Positions 11,866 through 25,757 are shown, counted from the first letter of the stretch. The stretch is DNA of 64,000 nucleotides from Raja brachyura (GCA_963514005.1 OY740799.1:8804001-8868000); one strand, 5' to 3'. Translations and numbers: made by a program. Notes: generated by a model from the sequence alone, not told the origin.

Positions 11866-13224
11866 CCTGTTCATGTCAAACTGGTGTCAGCAGCTCTGGG
11901 CCAACAGGTCTCCGTGCTGCCACACATATATCATCTGATATAATCATTCACCACAGGTGGTGGCCATTCACCCCATCGTAACCATGCCAGCCCTTTGAAA
12001 GAACTTTGCAATTAGTCCCACTGCTCTCTCTCTCTTTCAAGTCCTGCACCTTATACCTCAGTTCCAAGTGCATGACCTTGCATTTATTTGTACTGCAATT
12101 TCACTCTCATGGACCAATGTGGATCTTATGGACTTACAAGGATAGGACAGGTTTAGAGGGATATGGGCCATATGTAGGCAGATGGGACTAGTGTAGATGG
12201 GACATGTTGGCTGATGTGGACGTCAGGCCAAAGGGCCTGTTTCCATGCAGTAAGAAATGCAGAGTAAAGACGACCATTGTTCCAAGCTATGCTCCGATGT
12301 TATATCCCCACTATCGATGCTCCCTCACACAACGACTCATACAACAACTTATCTCTATTATATTCCAAGACAAAAATCCAGAGAAAGATAACTTCCAACA
12401 GCCAGAATGATCCATCTCTGAGCTGCAGAAAACATTCTCCTGCTCAGTTGGTTTTAAGCTCCAATTAATACACAGATGAAATAATAGAAACCAACAAACA
12501 TTACTCCCACACAAAAATGCACAGTGACTGTCATAATGAAATCTTGAAACAATTAAATTCTGACACTCCAGAATCATTAAAATTAATTCAGAACTAAATA
12601 TTACTTATGACTTTAAGAGCGTGATTATGTCATCATCAAAGAAAGTATAAAATAGGAGCACTAATACACGATTGTATAATAATTGTAAACAATTAGGCCT
12701 GTATTCCACCGATGCAGCCGGGTTAACTGTGTTTCATTCATCTTAAAGATTCATTCAATGCTCCACGTTAAAACCACTATTAATTATGGTTAATGAGAGT
12801 CTAGGCAATAACCTGATAATGAGAAGATCTCTTCACCAACAGCGACTTCAAGGATATGCAGATTCTTGTGTCAGTGAGGATGGAGGATGGTGAAAATCTA
12901 ACGCAGTTTTGAGAACACTCACCACTATCTCAATCTTGAGTTTCACATCTTGCTCTGGTCACATCAATTTATAATGTTTGGTTAACAATTGGCCTCAGCA
13001 GTTTCAATTAATGAACCTTAATTGCAATTGCTCAGAATTAAAAACCATTATTCGGAAAACTGCTGATAGGCCTCAAAACCACATTGCCATCGGATTCACG
13101 CGGCTTCCAATTGTTTAGGTTCCTAAATATCCGTCCATCTCAACTCCGCAGAACAGAACGTGGCATAGGCATGATTATTGACTCTTCTTTGATGGCATAT
13201 TTTAGTAACGACCAACATAACAAC

Positions 13225-13615
13225 AGAGGCCTGGCCTAGATTGCCATCCGCGAGTCACAGTGACAGGCGGTAGGCGGCTCCGCCCGAGCCGGCTGCCTGT
13301 CCCCTTTTCCGGGGGTTACGCCCCCCCCCCCCCCCCCCCCGAGTGGTATCAGAGAAGGACTACGCGCTGTCCGCGGGCACCCTGGGGAATTTCCGGGGCC
13401 GCTGGTACCACGGGGGTTGAATGCATCGTTGACAAAGATTGTAATATAGTTGTTTAAGGATATATTTGACATTTAAGAATATTAGTTTTGATAATTGGCT
13501 GATTTTGTATTAAGGTGGTGGGTTTAGTAATTTGTTACAATATTTGGTATTGTTTTGTATTCGTATATATTATTCTTGCAATAATTGATTACATTTATTT
13601 TTGTTAAAAAAAAAC
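13225..13615 (+). mobile_element. Tx1/L1-clade LINE 3' end
   Basis: Decayed IAIRES..AVGGSARAGCLSPFRGY..ERDYAL...GVECIVDKDCNIVV*, followed by a T-rich UTR and an A tail. Confidence 0.7.
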
Positions 13616-15079
13616 ATAACTACCGACAGCAGAAGGTCGGTCAATCACGCCACACTGTAGGTTTCAGGCTTCAGTCTCTCTGTGGTTCAGTCATTGCCAC
13701 CACCCATCATCAAACATTGGCAACAGGTAGAAATGCCATCAGAATATTTACAGTAGACAAAGTCGTCGATTGCTCCATGTCTGAGAGAATCATCCAAGAG
13801 CTATCCAACCTCATCACTCCTTGCAGTACTGGGTCTGTCGCCCTGAGGGGCATGACTCTTGAAGTGCACCAAGTGCATTAGAAACATGATGAGGTCTCTG
13901 CCCTCTCCCTCTGGCACTGAGTTCGAGACCCATACCAATCCTCTGAGTGAAAACAAATTTCTAATCTCCCTTCTAACAATCAGTTTAAAGCATTTGGTCT
14001 TTGACACTTCCTCCGAGCTGGTTCGAGGTTATGCTGGTAGTTATAAACTGGTCCAATTTCAGTACCTGTACCGCTCTCGTGCCCAGAGTTTGGTAATAGT
14101 CTGAATATAGACATATTATGAGAGATTAATAGTCAAAATACAGAGAGATTACTTTGCAAGCATTCTATTGCAACAATATCCCTTTATATAGTCAACCACG
14201 TATAGAATTAGCCCAGCAATAAAAAGGCTACTATTTCCAAAAACCTAAATGTGACAGCATACTTTTCATTGACGAACCTTTACAAATAGTTAACTGTCTC
14301 TTCCATATGATGGACTGGTCACTTCTATACTTGAGGGATAGGATTACCCACTCACCAAGGAATCACATATGTAGTGTATAAAATATAATGTTGGATTAAA
14401 ACTCCTAAATTATCCTTGCACAAGAAGGTTACACAGCATCCTGGTATATATGCCTGTGGGTTAGCATTTCTATGGAGGGCGGGCCAGCTACAGAGCCAGT
14501 GGTCAAAGTGCCAGCACAGTGGTGATTTTGCACTCAAATGTCAATGGCTCCCTGTATTAGGACACAATACCTCCCAAGTGTTCACAAACTCAAATGACAC
14601 CAAAACACCAATCAATTCAACAAGGTTCTTTCATTTATCAAGCTGCCAAAAACCGCCGGAAATCCACTAAAACAATTAACTTCCCAGCACTGCTGACCAA
14701 CTTTGTTTGCGTCTTTGCTGGAAGTGAAGTTGATTCACCAACTTCCAATGTTCACGACTATCCCGAACATACTTGCTCTTGATGCCAGCTCTCCAGCACC
14801 AGGTCATCCACAGCAAGTCACACAGAGTCTGAAAATGCTTCAATGTTGTTTGCCAAAGAACCGTGTGTTTGCTGTCAATTCTAAGCAACTCCAACGCACT
14901 GATTCCTGACGAATGCATTCAATGAAGGAAATGTGTATAGCAACATCAAGTACATCCAAATGCACTACTCAAGCTTTCAACACCAAACGCTGGCCGTTAC
15001 AAGTACCACCTCACACGTCAACAGCCAAGGGAATGGGGTCGGGGAAAAGGAAAGAGAGACAAGGAATCAGCGTTCCTAC

Positions 15080-15262
15080 CTTTTTCAGCTTGCCGCTTTT
15101 CGTGCCCACAAACACCAGCGAATGGTTGTTGTAAATGTACGAAATCACCGAGCTCATCCTGTCTTTCTCCTCGGAGAACAGGGGAATGCCCTGCATGAGA
15201 GTGGAACCACCTAACGGGGCATTAATGTCCAAGCCGCAAAAATTGTCGTCAATTGGAACAGG
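15080..15262 (-). CDS. plxna4: Plexin A4, second coding exon (183 nt, 61 aa, phase 0/0)
   Basis: [61 protein letters not shown]. Acceptor tctttatcctccccacag| and donor AAG|GTAGGA; in frame with the previous exon. Confidence 0.96.
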
Positions 15263-18200
15263 CTGTGGGGAGGATAAAGAATGGCAATGGTTAAAACTCA
15301 CTCCAAAATACGATTCAATGTGCATGCATCTTTGCGGACACGAGAAACTGCAGGTGCTGGTCTGCAAAAGAAAAGACACAAAGTGCTGGAGTAACTCAGT
15401 GGTTCAGGCAGCATCTCTGGAGAACATGGATTGGTGAAATTTTGGGTCGGGACTCTTCCTCAGAATTAAGACGTCACCGATCCATGTTCTCCTGAGATGC
15501 AACATGACAGCTGGTTGACTCCAGCATTATGTGTCTGGGTTTATCTTTGGTCAAAGTTCATAACCATACAGATCGCAGCCAGCACAAAGTCCGGCACGTT
15601 GGAGGCCGAGGAGTGACCTTATAGATGTTTACAAAGCTTCGAGGAGCATAGATAGGATCGGTAGCCATAATTGTTTTCTTTCCAGGACGTGGTTGTCTGG
15701 AGCTAGAGAGTGCAGGTTTAAGGTAAAGAGATAGAATTACGGTAAGTGAAATCTGAGGAGTTTGTTTATCCCACAGTGGGCGGCAAATACCTGGAATGAG
15801 CTGCCGCTATTGATTGTGGAGATAAATACCATTAAATCAATGAAAAGGCATTGGTACCTGGATAGGAAAGAAAGAGAGGGATGTAGACCTAATGTGGGCA
15901 AATAGGATGAATATGAATAGGCATGTGGGTCAGCATGAACACCAAGGCCCATTTCTGTGCTTTATATTCTACTTATTTCTTCATTTATCGCTACGATAAT
16001 TTATGACAGAAAAAAAAATTGCCAAATAAGAACCATCCACAAAATCTTCAGCATTAATAAGGAGACACAATGTGTTTTATTTCCCTTTTGGGTAACAAGC
16101 TATCACTCAGTTATGGTCACCGCTGTAGGCAATACCATTTGATACCCAGAAGGCAGAATGGCTTGGCTCTACACCAAGCTGTACAGGTCTACCACTGATT
16201 TTTGGGCAGCTGGTAGTCCAGCACCCCCTTTCATCTGGACAAAACTACACATGGAATCTCCTCTCCTCCCCTCCTCCCTCCCTGGATGTCCCCCTGAAAA
16301 TGTGAGGCATAGGCTGGGTGAGGCGGCCAATCCCAAATGCATCGGGACTCCCGCGGGCAAATTTCCAACTGGCCGGGTCGAAGTTGCCCCCTGTGGCCGG
16401 GGCTCTGGTACTCCGGCCCGGTCAGAGCCATACCCATAGCTGACTTCCAAAGCCACATTTGCAGGCCGGTATCTCGGCTCCCCACCAGCCTAGGCGGACC
16501 ACTCCAGTACCGTTAGACTCCTCTCGGTGGCCGTGACCTCTGTTGGTCCAGCAAAACGGATAATCGGACAAGGCTCTGGAAAGAAGGGTGGTGGACCTGT
16601 ACTCATACCATGCCAACATTGATACTCTCCCTGACTGAACGTCATTAGCCTGGGGTTTTCCCCATTCTGAGAATGACACGTACAATAATGCACTACATTA
16701 CAGCAAGATCAGAGCACAATGGAACGTGATCAGACTTTGCATGGGTCAGGTCATCATTCTTTGCACAAGGCAATATTGGTTGAGGGGTAAACGTTTGCAA
16801 GGACATTGCAACATTTCCTCTGTGAAATACAACAAGATTTTTTTTTTACAACTACCTCAAGAGTTCTGATGGGGTTTTATAGGTACCGTCTTTGATGAGG
16901 TGTTAAAACAACAACAGTCCCTCGCTGCTTCACATGGGTCAGGTTTCCTTAAGATAATTGGTCTTGGATCGCCTGAGCAGTAAAAGTTCCAAACCTAAAG
17001 CACTTATAAATAGATTATTGACTCATACTGTAATTTAAAACCTTGTGTGTTTAGTACAACAGCCTTCAGTTTTAACTTACACTACTAATCAATACACTAT
17101 TACTCTTAGTTTCAGAGTGGGTGAGAAACATCGGAAAGGAAAAAGGCAAGAGTCCTATGTTTTTAAAAAATCATCTTGTGCCTTTTTTGCCCAGCCATTA
17201 AGACACAAGTGCCTTTCTGCACTGTAAATTTGGTTTCTTGTATTGGCAATTAACTATCCCCACATTGTTCCCAGTTTGGCCGAACATAAAGCGTCAAATC
17301 ACACTCCAGGGACACAAGCATGAAATGACCCAGCTGGCACCAGGACAGTGCAGCTCTGTCAGAAGTGCCATCTTCTGACAGAAGGATGAAATCAAGGCCT
17401 TGCATATACACAGATGAATGCAATAAACCTCAGCACTATTTCAGAGAAGTAGCAATATCCCTCACCGAAAATCCCCAAGCAAATTGCCTGGTCATTATCG
17501 CTTAGTTTTACAGGGATTTTTCTGTGCACAGGTTGCCAGCCACAGTTCTGACATACTACAACACTGCTACTGCAAAGGTGCTGCACTTCCTAAAGTACTT
17601 CACCGACTCGAAAGTGCTTTATGGTTTTCTGCTGCGGTGCAAAGCCTAATGCAAGGGCAATTTTTTTCCCAGAAGAAGAGAAGAACGCACGGAGTTAAGT
17701 AGCTCCCAGTTGGCAATTGCCCAAATGGAACGGTAATATGGGTCCCAAAGCCTATAAACTAACATGACCATTGTTCTCCATGAAGGGGATAGGGAGGGAA
17801 GGGGGGGGGGGGGGGGGGGGTGGATAGAAATGGTCAGGTAACTGAAGCACCAGTTTGCCACTTCAACAATCATGAGAGCAATAGATCAGGTAGATGCACA
17901 GAGACTCTTGGGGAATGGAGAACCAGTGGACAGAGGTTTGTGAGGGGGGAATGATTTAATAGAAATCTGAGTAACTCACTCACACAAAGGTGGTAGGTGT
18001 AAGGAACGAGCTGCCGGAAGAGGTAGTTGATGCAGATACAATCGCAACATTTAAGAAACATTCAGACAGGTACATGGATAGGGCGGGGGCTTGGAGGGAT
18101 ATGGATCAAACGCAGGTAGACGGGACTCGTGTAGATGGGGCTTGCTGGTCGGTGTGGGCAAGTTGGGCTGAAGGGCCCCTGTTTCCACACTGTATGACTC

Positions 18201-19764
18201 TATGATTTGAATAAAGTCACCCATCCATCAACCCCTCGGCAAATCCTCAATCTTACAAATGAATGACAGGGCATGGAGTTGGAGAACAGCACTGGTTCAT
18301 TCCTCGGCACAGTGAAGTGCTTTTCTCCTAATGCATTTGGGTGAAAGTGGTTTAATTCTAGACTTTAACGGAGCGCGGTGCACTAATCACACTGTGCGCG
18401 CCTCATCACACGATTGAAATGCACTGTCCAACACCTGCTGCCACGATGATTTATATTACACTTTCATTTATGATTGCATGGACTTTATTTAGATTGTAAT
18501 GACAGTGCTTGGGGTCAGTACTAACACTGGTGAAGGGCGCAACAAGGTTGGCAACTTTATTGTCCCTCAGACAAACGGCAGAACGAACTTGCGTTTTTAA
18601 ACCGCCTTTATATGTAAAGAACGTCAGGGGAGAGAATGGAAAGGAAGCAGGGAGATAAAAAGGAGGCAGGGGGCGGGGAAAGACGGAAAAGAAATCAAAG
18701 CCTTGTCAGAACTCTTTTCCCTTCAAGCGCAATCTTTGATTCTCTCACGAATCAAAGGGAAATAAAAAGGGTGAGCAAATAAAACTGGATTTTCCAAATT
18801 GCAAATCAAATATATCTGTTTGCGACTGGGCTGGCTGGTGTGGCAAGTTGGACACGCTCATCACCTGTGCACCCAGAATTAATCATCTGAATCCTGCATC
18901 AATGTTATGCCCACTTCAAGACGGAAATTTGCCAGTACTGTACTGATCAGCAAAAACCAGCACTGATCTGTGAAAAGGATATTTGTAATTAAATGGTGAA
19001 TTTTGGGTAGATAGTCAGAACATTTCTTCCCTACAGTAGAAATGTGAAAGGTGAGAGGGCATAGCTTTAGGGTGAGAGGGGAAGTTTGAAGATGTGCAGG
19101 GGAAGTTTTTTTTTTAAATACACAAGAGTAGTGGGTATCTGGAACCTGCTGCCAGGGTAGTGGTGGAGAAATATATAAAAGTGGCATTTAAGAGGCTTTT
19201 GGACAGGAATGGCGGGATAAGGCTCATGTGCAGGCAGATCAAATTAGTTTAACTTGGCACCATGTCCAGAGCAGTCATTGAGGGCTGAAGGGCCTGTTCC
19301 TCTGCTGTTCCATGAAGCATGGGAAGATGGCAAGCATGCACAGCAAATAATTAGGAAGGCTAAGAGAATGTTTGCCTTTTTTGAAAGGACACGGATTACA
19401 AAAATGGGGAAGCTTTGATGCCAATGAGGTTACATCTACAATATTATGTACACATTTGGTCTCCGTACTCAAGGCTGCGCAGAATAAGTTCATTCAGTTG
19501 ATTCCTGGGAAGAAGTGGTGGGCATATGAAGATGACTGGGCAGGATGGGTCGATACTCATTGGAGTAGGTGGTCCTATTGAAAATTGGGTAGATGCTGCG
19601 ATTTCAAGTATGATTTACTTTTCTACATTTGTCTGAGAATGCATGCCTGTGATGTTGCTGCAAGCAAGACTTTCATTGCAGCTCACCATACTCATGCATA
19701 TGACAATATACTTGAACCGAAGAGACATCCTCTAATGGGGATATCTAGACCTAGAGGGCTTCCA

Positions 19765-20050
19765 GGGCAGCACGGTGGCGCAGCGGTAGAGTTGCTGCCT
19801 TACAGCGCCGGAGACCCGGGTTCGATCCCGACTACGGGTGCTGTCTGTACGGAGCTTGTGCGTTCTCCCCGTGACCTGTGTGAGATTCCTCGGCGATCTT
19901 CAGTTCCCTGGCACACTCCAGGTATGTAGGCTAATTGGCTTGGTAAATGTAAAAAATGTCCCCAGTGTGTGTAGGTTAGTGTTGATATGCTGGTCGGCAC
20001 AGACCCGATGGGCCAAAGGGCCTGTTTCCACACTATCTCTAAATTTAAAA
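19765..20050 (+). mobile_element. HE1/V-SINE-like SINE
   Basis: ggcagcacggtggcgcagcggtagag...gggttcgatcccg...gggccaaagggcctgtttccacactatctctaaa. Confidence 0.85.
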
Positions 20051-22754
20051 TTCTGAAAACAAGAGAGTGGCCAATTCCGATGAAGACGAGGAGAAATGTC
20101 TTCTCTGCGAGGATCATGAACCTTTGGAATTCTCTACCCCAGAGATCCTGGGAGGCAGAGTCATTGAATCTACTCAAGGCAGAGATTGACGAACATTTAA
20201 ACAACAAGGGTGTCTGAAGGCAGTGAGGATGTGGAGCTGATGCTAATATTGAATCAGCTTTGATTGTATTAAATGGAGGAGCCGGTTTACGGTGATGATT
20301 GGCCTGCTCTTATGTTCTTAAATCATCGTATAAATTACTCAAGGAGAATCATAAATGAGGATATAATGAGAACAGAAGGGGGGAAAATTAGTTAACAGGA
20401 ACAAAGGGTTCTGAGGCCGTGGATTCCTCTTTATTGCTTTTAATTCACTTTCCCCATCAGAATGGCCAAATTGTTGTTATGCAGGCTTGAAGGTGCCCTT
20501 CTTGAGTTAGTCAAGTTGAACCAGACACTCAATGCAGTTCCTTCTTTAACACTCAATGTTCAAGTTCCTCAAAGAAAGGCACAAAATGCTGCAGTAACTC
20601 AGTGGGACAGGCAGCATCTCCAGGGAGAAGGATTGGGTGATGTTTCGAGTCGCGAACCTTTGTCAGACTGTTCCTCCTCCAGCTTAAGGACAGATACATC
20701 AAGATTGTCAAGGTGAATATTGGGACGTTCTCCCGGATGATGGCATGAGTTTTCGCCGGGTGCTCCAGTTTCCTCCCACATTCCAACTACATGCAGGCTT
20801 CTAGGCTAATTATCTTCTGAAAATCATTCCCGGGCGTAGGATAGAACTAGTGTACAGTTCATTGGTCAGTGTGGAATTGGTGGGACGCAGGTCCCGATTG
20901 CATGGAATATCTCCAAACTAAACTAAGATCAGAGAGTTAACAACATTGTCACAGGGGGTGTGCATAGTTAATAATGCACAGTTTGGAGTAGAGGCAGTCC
21001 ACGTCACATTCAAGGGAGCCAAACAAAGGCAATAGTGGCAAGAGAGAGGTCAGCCTGGAGCCGCAATGCCAAGTGATGGGGTAAGTTGACCAGGTTAGTT
21101 TGCAATGAAGGTAGAGATACGGCAATGAAATCAGACAGGCAGGCAAGAGAGACAAAACTGTTCACGTCTGGTCAGGCGGCCCACATTCATTTTGCATAGA
21201 CATTGAAATATTGCGGTTACAAGATTGAACAGCAAAATGGCAGTGAACTGAAAATTGTCATTAAATAAAATGAGGCAGCTGAGCTAGCTCAGCACAAGAC
21301 AGAATTGAAACTATACGCTTCTCAATCTGGTGACACGACCATTCGGCACACGGTTCATTTACACTCTTGAACCATCAGAACATTCTACTTTAATATCCGA
21401 GCAGGGCCGTGCATAATTCATAAGCCCTAAAGTCACAAATAAATCACCAGCCTTACAAGCAAGGATTAAAAAAAACATTTGAAAACTTTATGTTCCCTAC
21501 TCAAATTAATTTTATCATATTTGAAATAAGATTTCTAATTTCTTTGCTGAAACTGCAGAAATGAATCGGGAAATACCAAGTGGCTATTAAAAGATAATGT
21601 CGAATTTTGGCACTGCAAAAATTAAATCATGTACCAATGCAAATGAGCACGACCCATCAAATGAGGTCTATAACGACAGATTCTTCGCAACCAGCTCGGC
21701 ACCCAGTCTGAAGTTGTGGATTCAATTTCCATTGCAAAATGTGTACAGAATTTATTATGTACAAGAGGCGGAAGAGCTGGGAGAGTGAAACGAGGCTCAA
21801 GTGGACTATAAACCAGTTGGGGCCAAATGGATTTGGAAGTGAAAAATTACAGAGAGTGGCATAAAGGATTGGAGACGGCACAATTTAAATTGCTTCCCAT
21901 TCCCAAACTGAAATCTATTGGAAGTGCAGGGTATTTTTCTGGCCAACACTCCTTCCTCAAACGACAAGTGTAGGCTGTTTGGTCATTCAAATATTATTTT
22001 TGCTGGCCGTTTATACAAATGACACAGCTGCTTTTAAATGGGTGCAGCAACATCAAGTATACCTCAAAAATCAATCCATTCAAGAAGGGTTTCGGCCCAT
22101 TTCCATTGCTCCATAGATGCTGCCTCACCTGCTGGGTTTCTCCAGCATTTTTGTCTTCGATTTTCCAGCATCTGCAGTTCCTTCTTAAACATTATACTAG
22201 ATGATGGCCAAAGTAATTACACATATTGAATAAAATATTTTTTTGTTTTCTTGACCACCAATTACATTTTGTTTTCAGAATCTCAGATTTGTCTCAAGGT
22301 TTAAAGCCAATGCTTAAATTTCATGAGCTCTTGTGCCAAATGCAAGTGCCCATCTTTGATGCATATTCATAAGAGCAAGTGTTGGCAGGCTACCAACTCA
22401 TGCTACCTGCCGATGAACACGCATGCTTATTTAATGGTGATTGGGGCTCCGTGCCAGGAATAAGATTTAATACATGCTGGTAAGTTCAGTATCTAGAGCA
22501 TCTTTCATAGTTTGGGGTGAAGTGCCAAACAGCTCCGATCACCATGGTGCTACCAATATCAGGAACTTGCCCAATGGCAAGTCTTTGCTGAATGTACATG
22601 CCCTGGATCTTCCATGTGGGTGGAGATATCACTTTTCCAGGAGACCTGCTGTCTGAGTTAGAGTAGTGAGCCTGCAGAAACCAGCTTTGGTCACATGATG
22701 TAAATGCCATAACAACACACAAGGGTTGATCAAGCATACGCACATTCAGAATAG

Positions 22755-23062
22755 GGCAGCACTGTGGCACAGCTGGAAGAGCCGCTGCCTCACAGTGCCT
22801 GTGACCTAGGTTCGATCCTGACCTTGGGTGCTGTCTGTGAGGAGTTTGCACATTCTCCCTATGACGATATGGGTTTCCCCGGGTGCTCCGGTTTCCTAAA
22901 GACGTGCATGTCTGGGGGCTCATTGGCCTCTGGGAACTGCTCCTAGTGAGTGAGTGGATGAGAAAGTGAGATAATATAGAACGAGTGTGGACAGGTGATC
23001 AATGGTTGGTGTGGACTCGATGGGCCAAAGGGGCGCTACCATGTTGTATCCTCAAACCTAAA
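22755..23062 (+). mobile_element. HE1/V-SINE-like SINE (older copy)
   Basis: gggcagcactgtggcacagctgg...ggttcgatcctgacc. Confidence 0.75.
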
Positions 23063-23823
23063 TATTTTTTTCTTTTTGAACTCACTTCAGGCATCAGTGC
23101 AAACAACATCATGTGTGGGAGGGAACTGCAGATGCTGGGTTACACCGAAGATCGACACTAAATGCTGGAGTAACTCAGCGGATCAGGCGGCATCCCTGGA
23201 GAAAGGGATTAGGTGATATTTTGGGTCGAAACCCTTCTTCAGACGCCGAACGACATCACATCCAGTGAAGACCCCTCATTACATAACACACACGTGCAAA
23301 CCTCACTCAATAGCAGAGTCCAAAAGGAACAGAACCAGTGACTACCTGCAAATATTCAGTCTGGCCTTATTTCCGCATGTCCACTCTGTATTGAAGTACA
23401 CACATATTGGTAAGCCCAAGTAAATGCATACACAGTTGTAAACATACCAAGAGCTGGGCACTTACAAAGCACCCATCATCAGCGGGGAACATCTCAGCGG
23501 GGTACTTTACAGCACAGAGGAGCTTACTGAAGAAAGGTCCCGACCCAAAACGGCACCCATTCCATATCTCCAGAGATGCTGTCTGGCCCGCTGACTTACT
23601 CGAGCTTTTTGTGTCCATCTTTGGGACTTACTGAAGTCTGGTCATATGTGTAATGTTGGAAACAGAGCAGCAAATATGTTCCGGGCAACTCCTGCAACTA
23701 GCAATGGGATAAATAACTAAATAACCTGTTCTGGGAACGTTGACTATGGTGAAAACATTAGCCAGGATACCATGGATAAAGGACCTCTTGCTCTTCAAGA
23801 TGAACACTGCTGAGGAAAGTTAA

Positions 23824-24309
23824 GGGGCCTGTCCCACTGTGGCGACTTAATAAGGGTTTGCCCTGGACTCAAACTCGCAGCATGGTCGACAAGTTGGTCT
23901 CAGGAGGTCGCTGGAACTCTCCTTCTTGCTCGAGGGAAGATCCCGCATACTCGCGGCCTCGGCTAGGTCCCGGAAGATTTTTCATCATGTTGAAAATTTT
24001 CCACTGTCGGGGTTGCTATTTAGTTATATGCAGTCGACGGCAGCTGTAGGCAATGTCCTTCGCTGACCGGGCATTTCAATTTTAATTGGCTCATTGGAGT
24101 TTTGAGGACCAAAGAAAGACGACCAGTAGTCCGCTAAACTTCATTAAAAGTTGCCTGACTTCTTAAATGTGTCTCCACTCCTTCTCCCCCCTCCCCATTC
24201 TCTCCCTCTGCGCTCTCTGAAGGAAACACCATACACTGTGCAGCCTTTTACCTTCCTGTTCATCGCGGGTGTGGATTTCAGACAGCGGCCCCCCCCCCCC
24301 TTTTTTTGC

Positions 24310-24356
<47 letters not shown>

Positions 24357-24499
24357 TCGGTCGATCCAGCTCGAGGTTTTTCAGGCGAGTGCCCTCGAGC
24401 TTGAAGGTCGAAGACAGTCGCTGAAAGGTCGCGTCAGTGGGACAGGCCCTAACACCCTTCTCAACTCGCAAATTATGTCGCCATAGTGGGACAGGCCCT
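23824..24499. mobile_element. PIF/Harbinger-type MITE with internal (GT)n
   Basis: ~28-bp TIRs GGGGCCTGTCCCACTGTGGCGACTTAAT / ATTATGTCGCCATAGTGGGACAGGCCCT, flanked by TAA and TTA (TWA target). Confidence 0.82.
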
Positions 24500-24590
24500 T
24501 TATGACTGGAATGCTCCACCACCACCACCACCACACAGTGTTTGCACGGCTACGTGAAGGAGAGGGAGACACACACACACACACACTTAC

Positions 24591-25757
24591 CGCGGGCACA
24601 CACTGAATGTCCTTGACTTTGAGCCAGGCCAGGTCCAGCAAGCCCTCGCCCCGGTAGCAGGACTGCAGGCGCCTCTTGATGCGCTCGTTAATGGTGTTGA
24701 GCACGAACATGCAGAGGACCGTCTCGTCGGGCGGTTGGCTGCGCTGCTTCTGGCCCTTGGAGAAGACGGCGAAGAGCACGTCGTCGTGGCCGGGGCTGAT
24801 GCCCAGGGACTTGGCCAGCACCGGGCCGGCCTTGGCCAGGTGGGCGGCCTGCAGGAGCCGGTACTCCACCCCGTCCTTCACGCAGCCGATGGGTATCTCC
24901 ACGTACGAGTTGAAGGTGGTGTCGGCTTGGCACAGGCGCACCAGCTTGGAGGTGTAGACCCTCTGGCGGGTGGAGCCGGGCCCGGCGTGGACCACCTCGG
25001 GCTGGAGGGTGAGGAAGTAGACGAAGGCCGAGCTGCTGAAGCCGTATATGTAGTAGATGTCAAAGTCGGGGATGACCGTGAAGGTGTCGGAGGGGATCTT
25101 GATGAGCGACGCCACGAACTCGTCGTGGAACACGTAGGAGAACATCTCGTCCGCCTCGGGGTTGGCGGCGAGCAGGCGGCTGGAGATGGTGGGGAAGTAC
25201 TCGGGCTTACCGTCCACCGCCGTGGCCACGAACAGCTTGGAGCCGTGTCCCTGGCCCGCCACGATCACCCCGAACACAGAGCCGCTGTCGTTCACCCCGG
25301 ACAGGTAGTGCTCCTTCTTGTGGAAGGGCTCGCCCAGCTTGAAGAGGTCGTTCAGCCTCAGCACCTTGCAGATGCCCTGGTACAGGCTGCCGCAGGCGAT
25401 CAGCCGCCTCTCGCCCTGGTCGATCAGCAGCATCTTGTTCACGTTGTCGGTCAGGCTGAGCGGCTCGCTGCACGGCTGCACGATGCGGGGAGGGTAGCAG
25501 TCCGGGTTGTCCTCGTCCGGCCCCGTCTGGTGCACCACCAGCAGCTGCAGGTCGCCGGACAGTTTGTAGATCCTGTTCACCGCCCCCAAGTACAAGTTGC
25601 CCGTGCGGTCGTCCAGCGCCAAGTGGTTGAACGCCCACTCCGCGTTCTCCCCTTTGAAGGCTTTATACTCCAGACTCGTGGCTTCCCGCCGCCCCGCCAC
25701 CACCGACAGCAGCGAGAGGAACATTAGGCAGCTCCTCGCCCCTCTGCACGCTGCCAT
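24591..25757 (-). CDS. plxna4: Plexin A4, first coding exon (signal peptide and most of the Sema domain; 389 codons, phase 0 end)
   Basis: Translation MAACRG...FNHLALDDRTGNLYLGAVNRIYKLS...CYPPRIVQPC...DGKPEYFPTISSR...FHDEFVASLIKIPSDTFTVIPDFDIYYIYGFSS...LDLAWLKVKDIQCVPA closely matches PLXNA4 as I recall it. Donor GCG|GTAAGT at 24591/24590. The ORF track's extension to 24381 is intron read-through. Confidence 0.96.

Noticed and set aside
14352-14918. Possible cryptic exon ending at a TTG|GTGAGT donor (14356/14355)
   Set aside because: No matching acceptor with an open plexin-like frame identified; isolated donors are common.
24381-24590. C-terminal extension of the 458-aa ORF (VSVCVCV...WWWWWW...)
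   Set aside because: It lies past the GTAAGT donor and translates microsatellites and a MITE; not part of canonical plexin A4.
24735-25727. 330-aa plus-strand ORF antisense to plxna4
   Set aside because: Shadow ORF caused by high GC3 on the coding strand; no recognisable protein.
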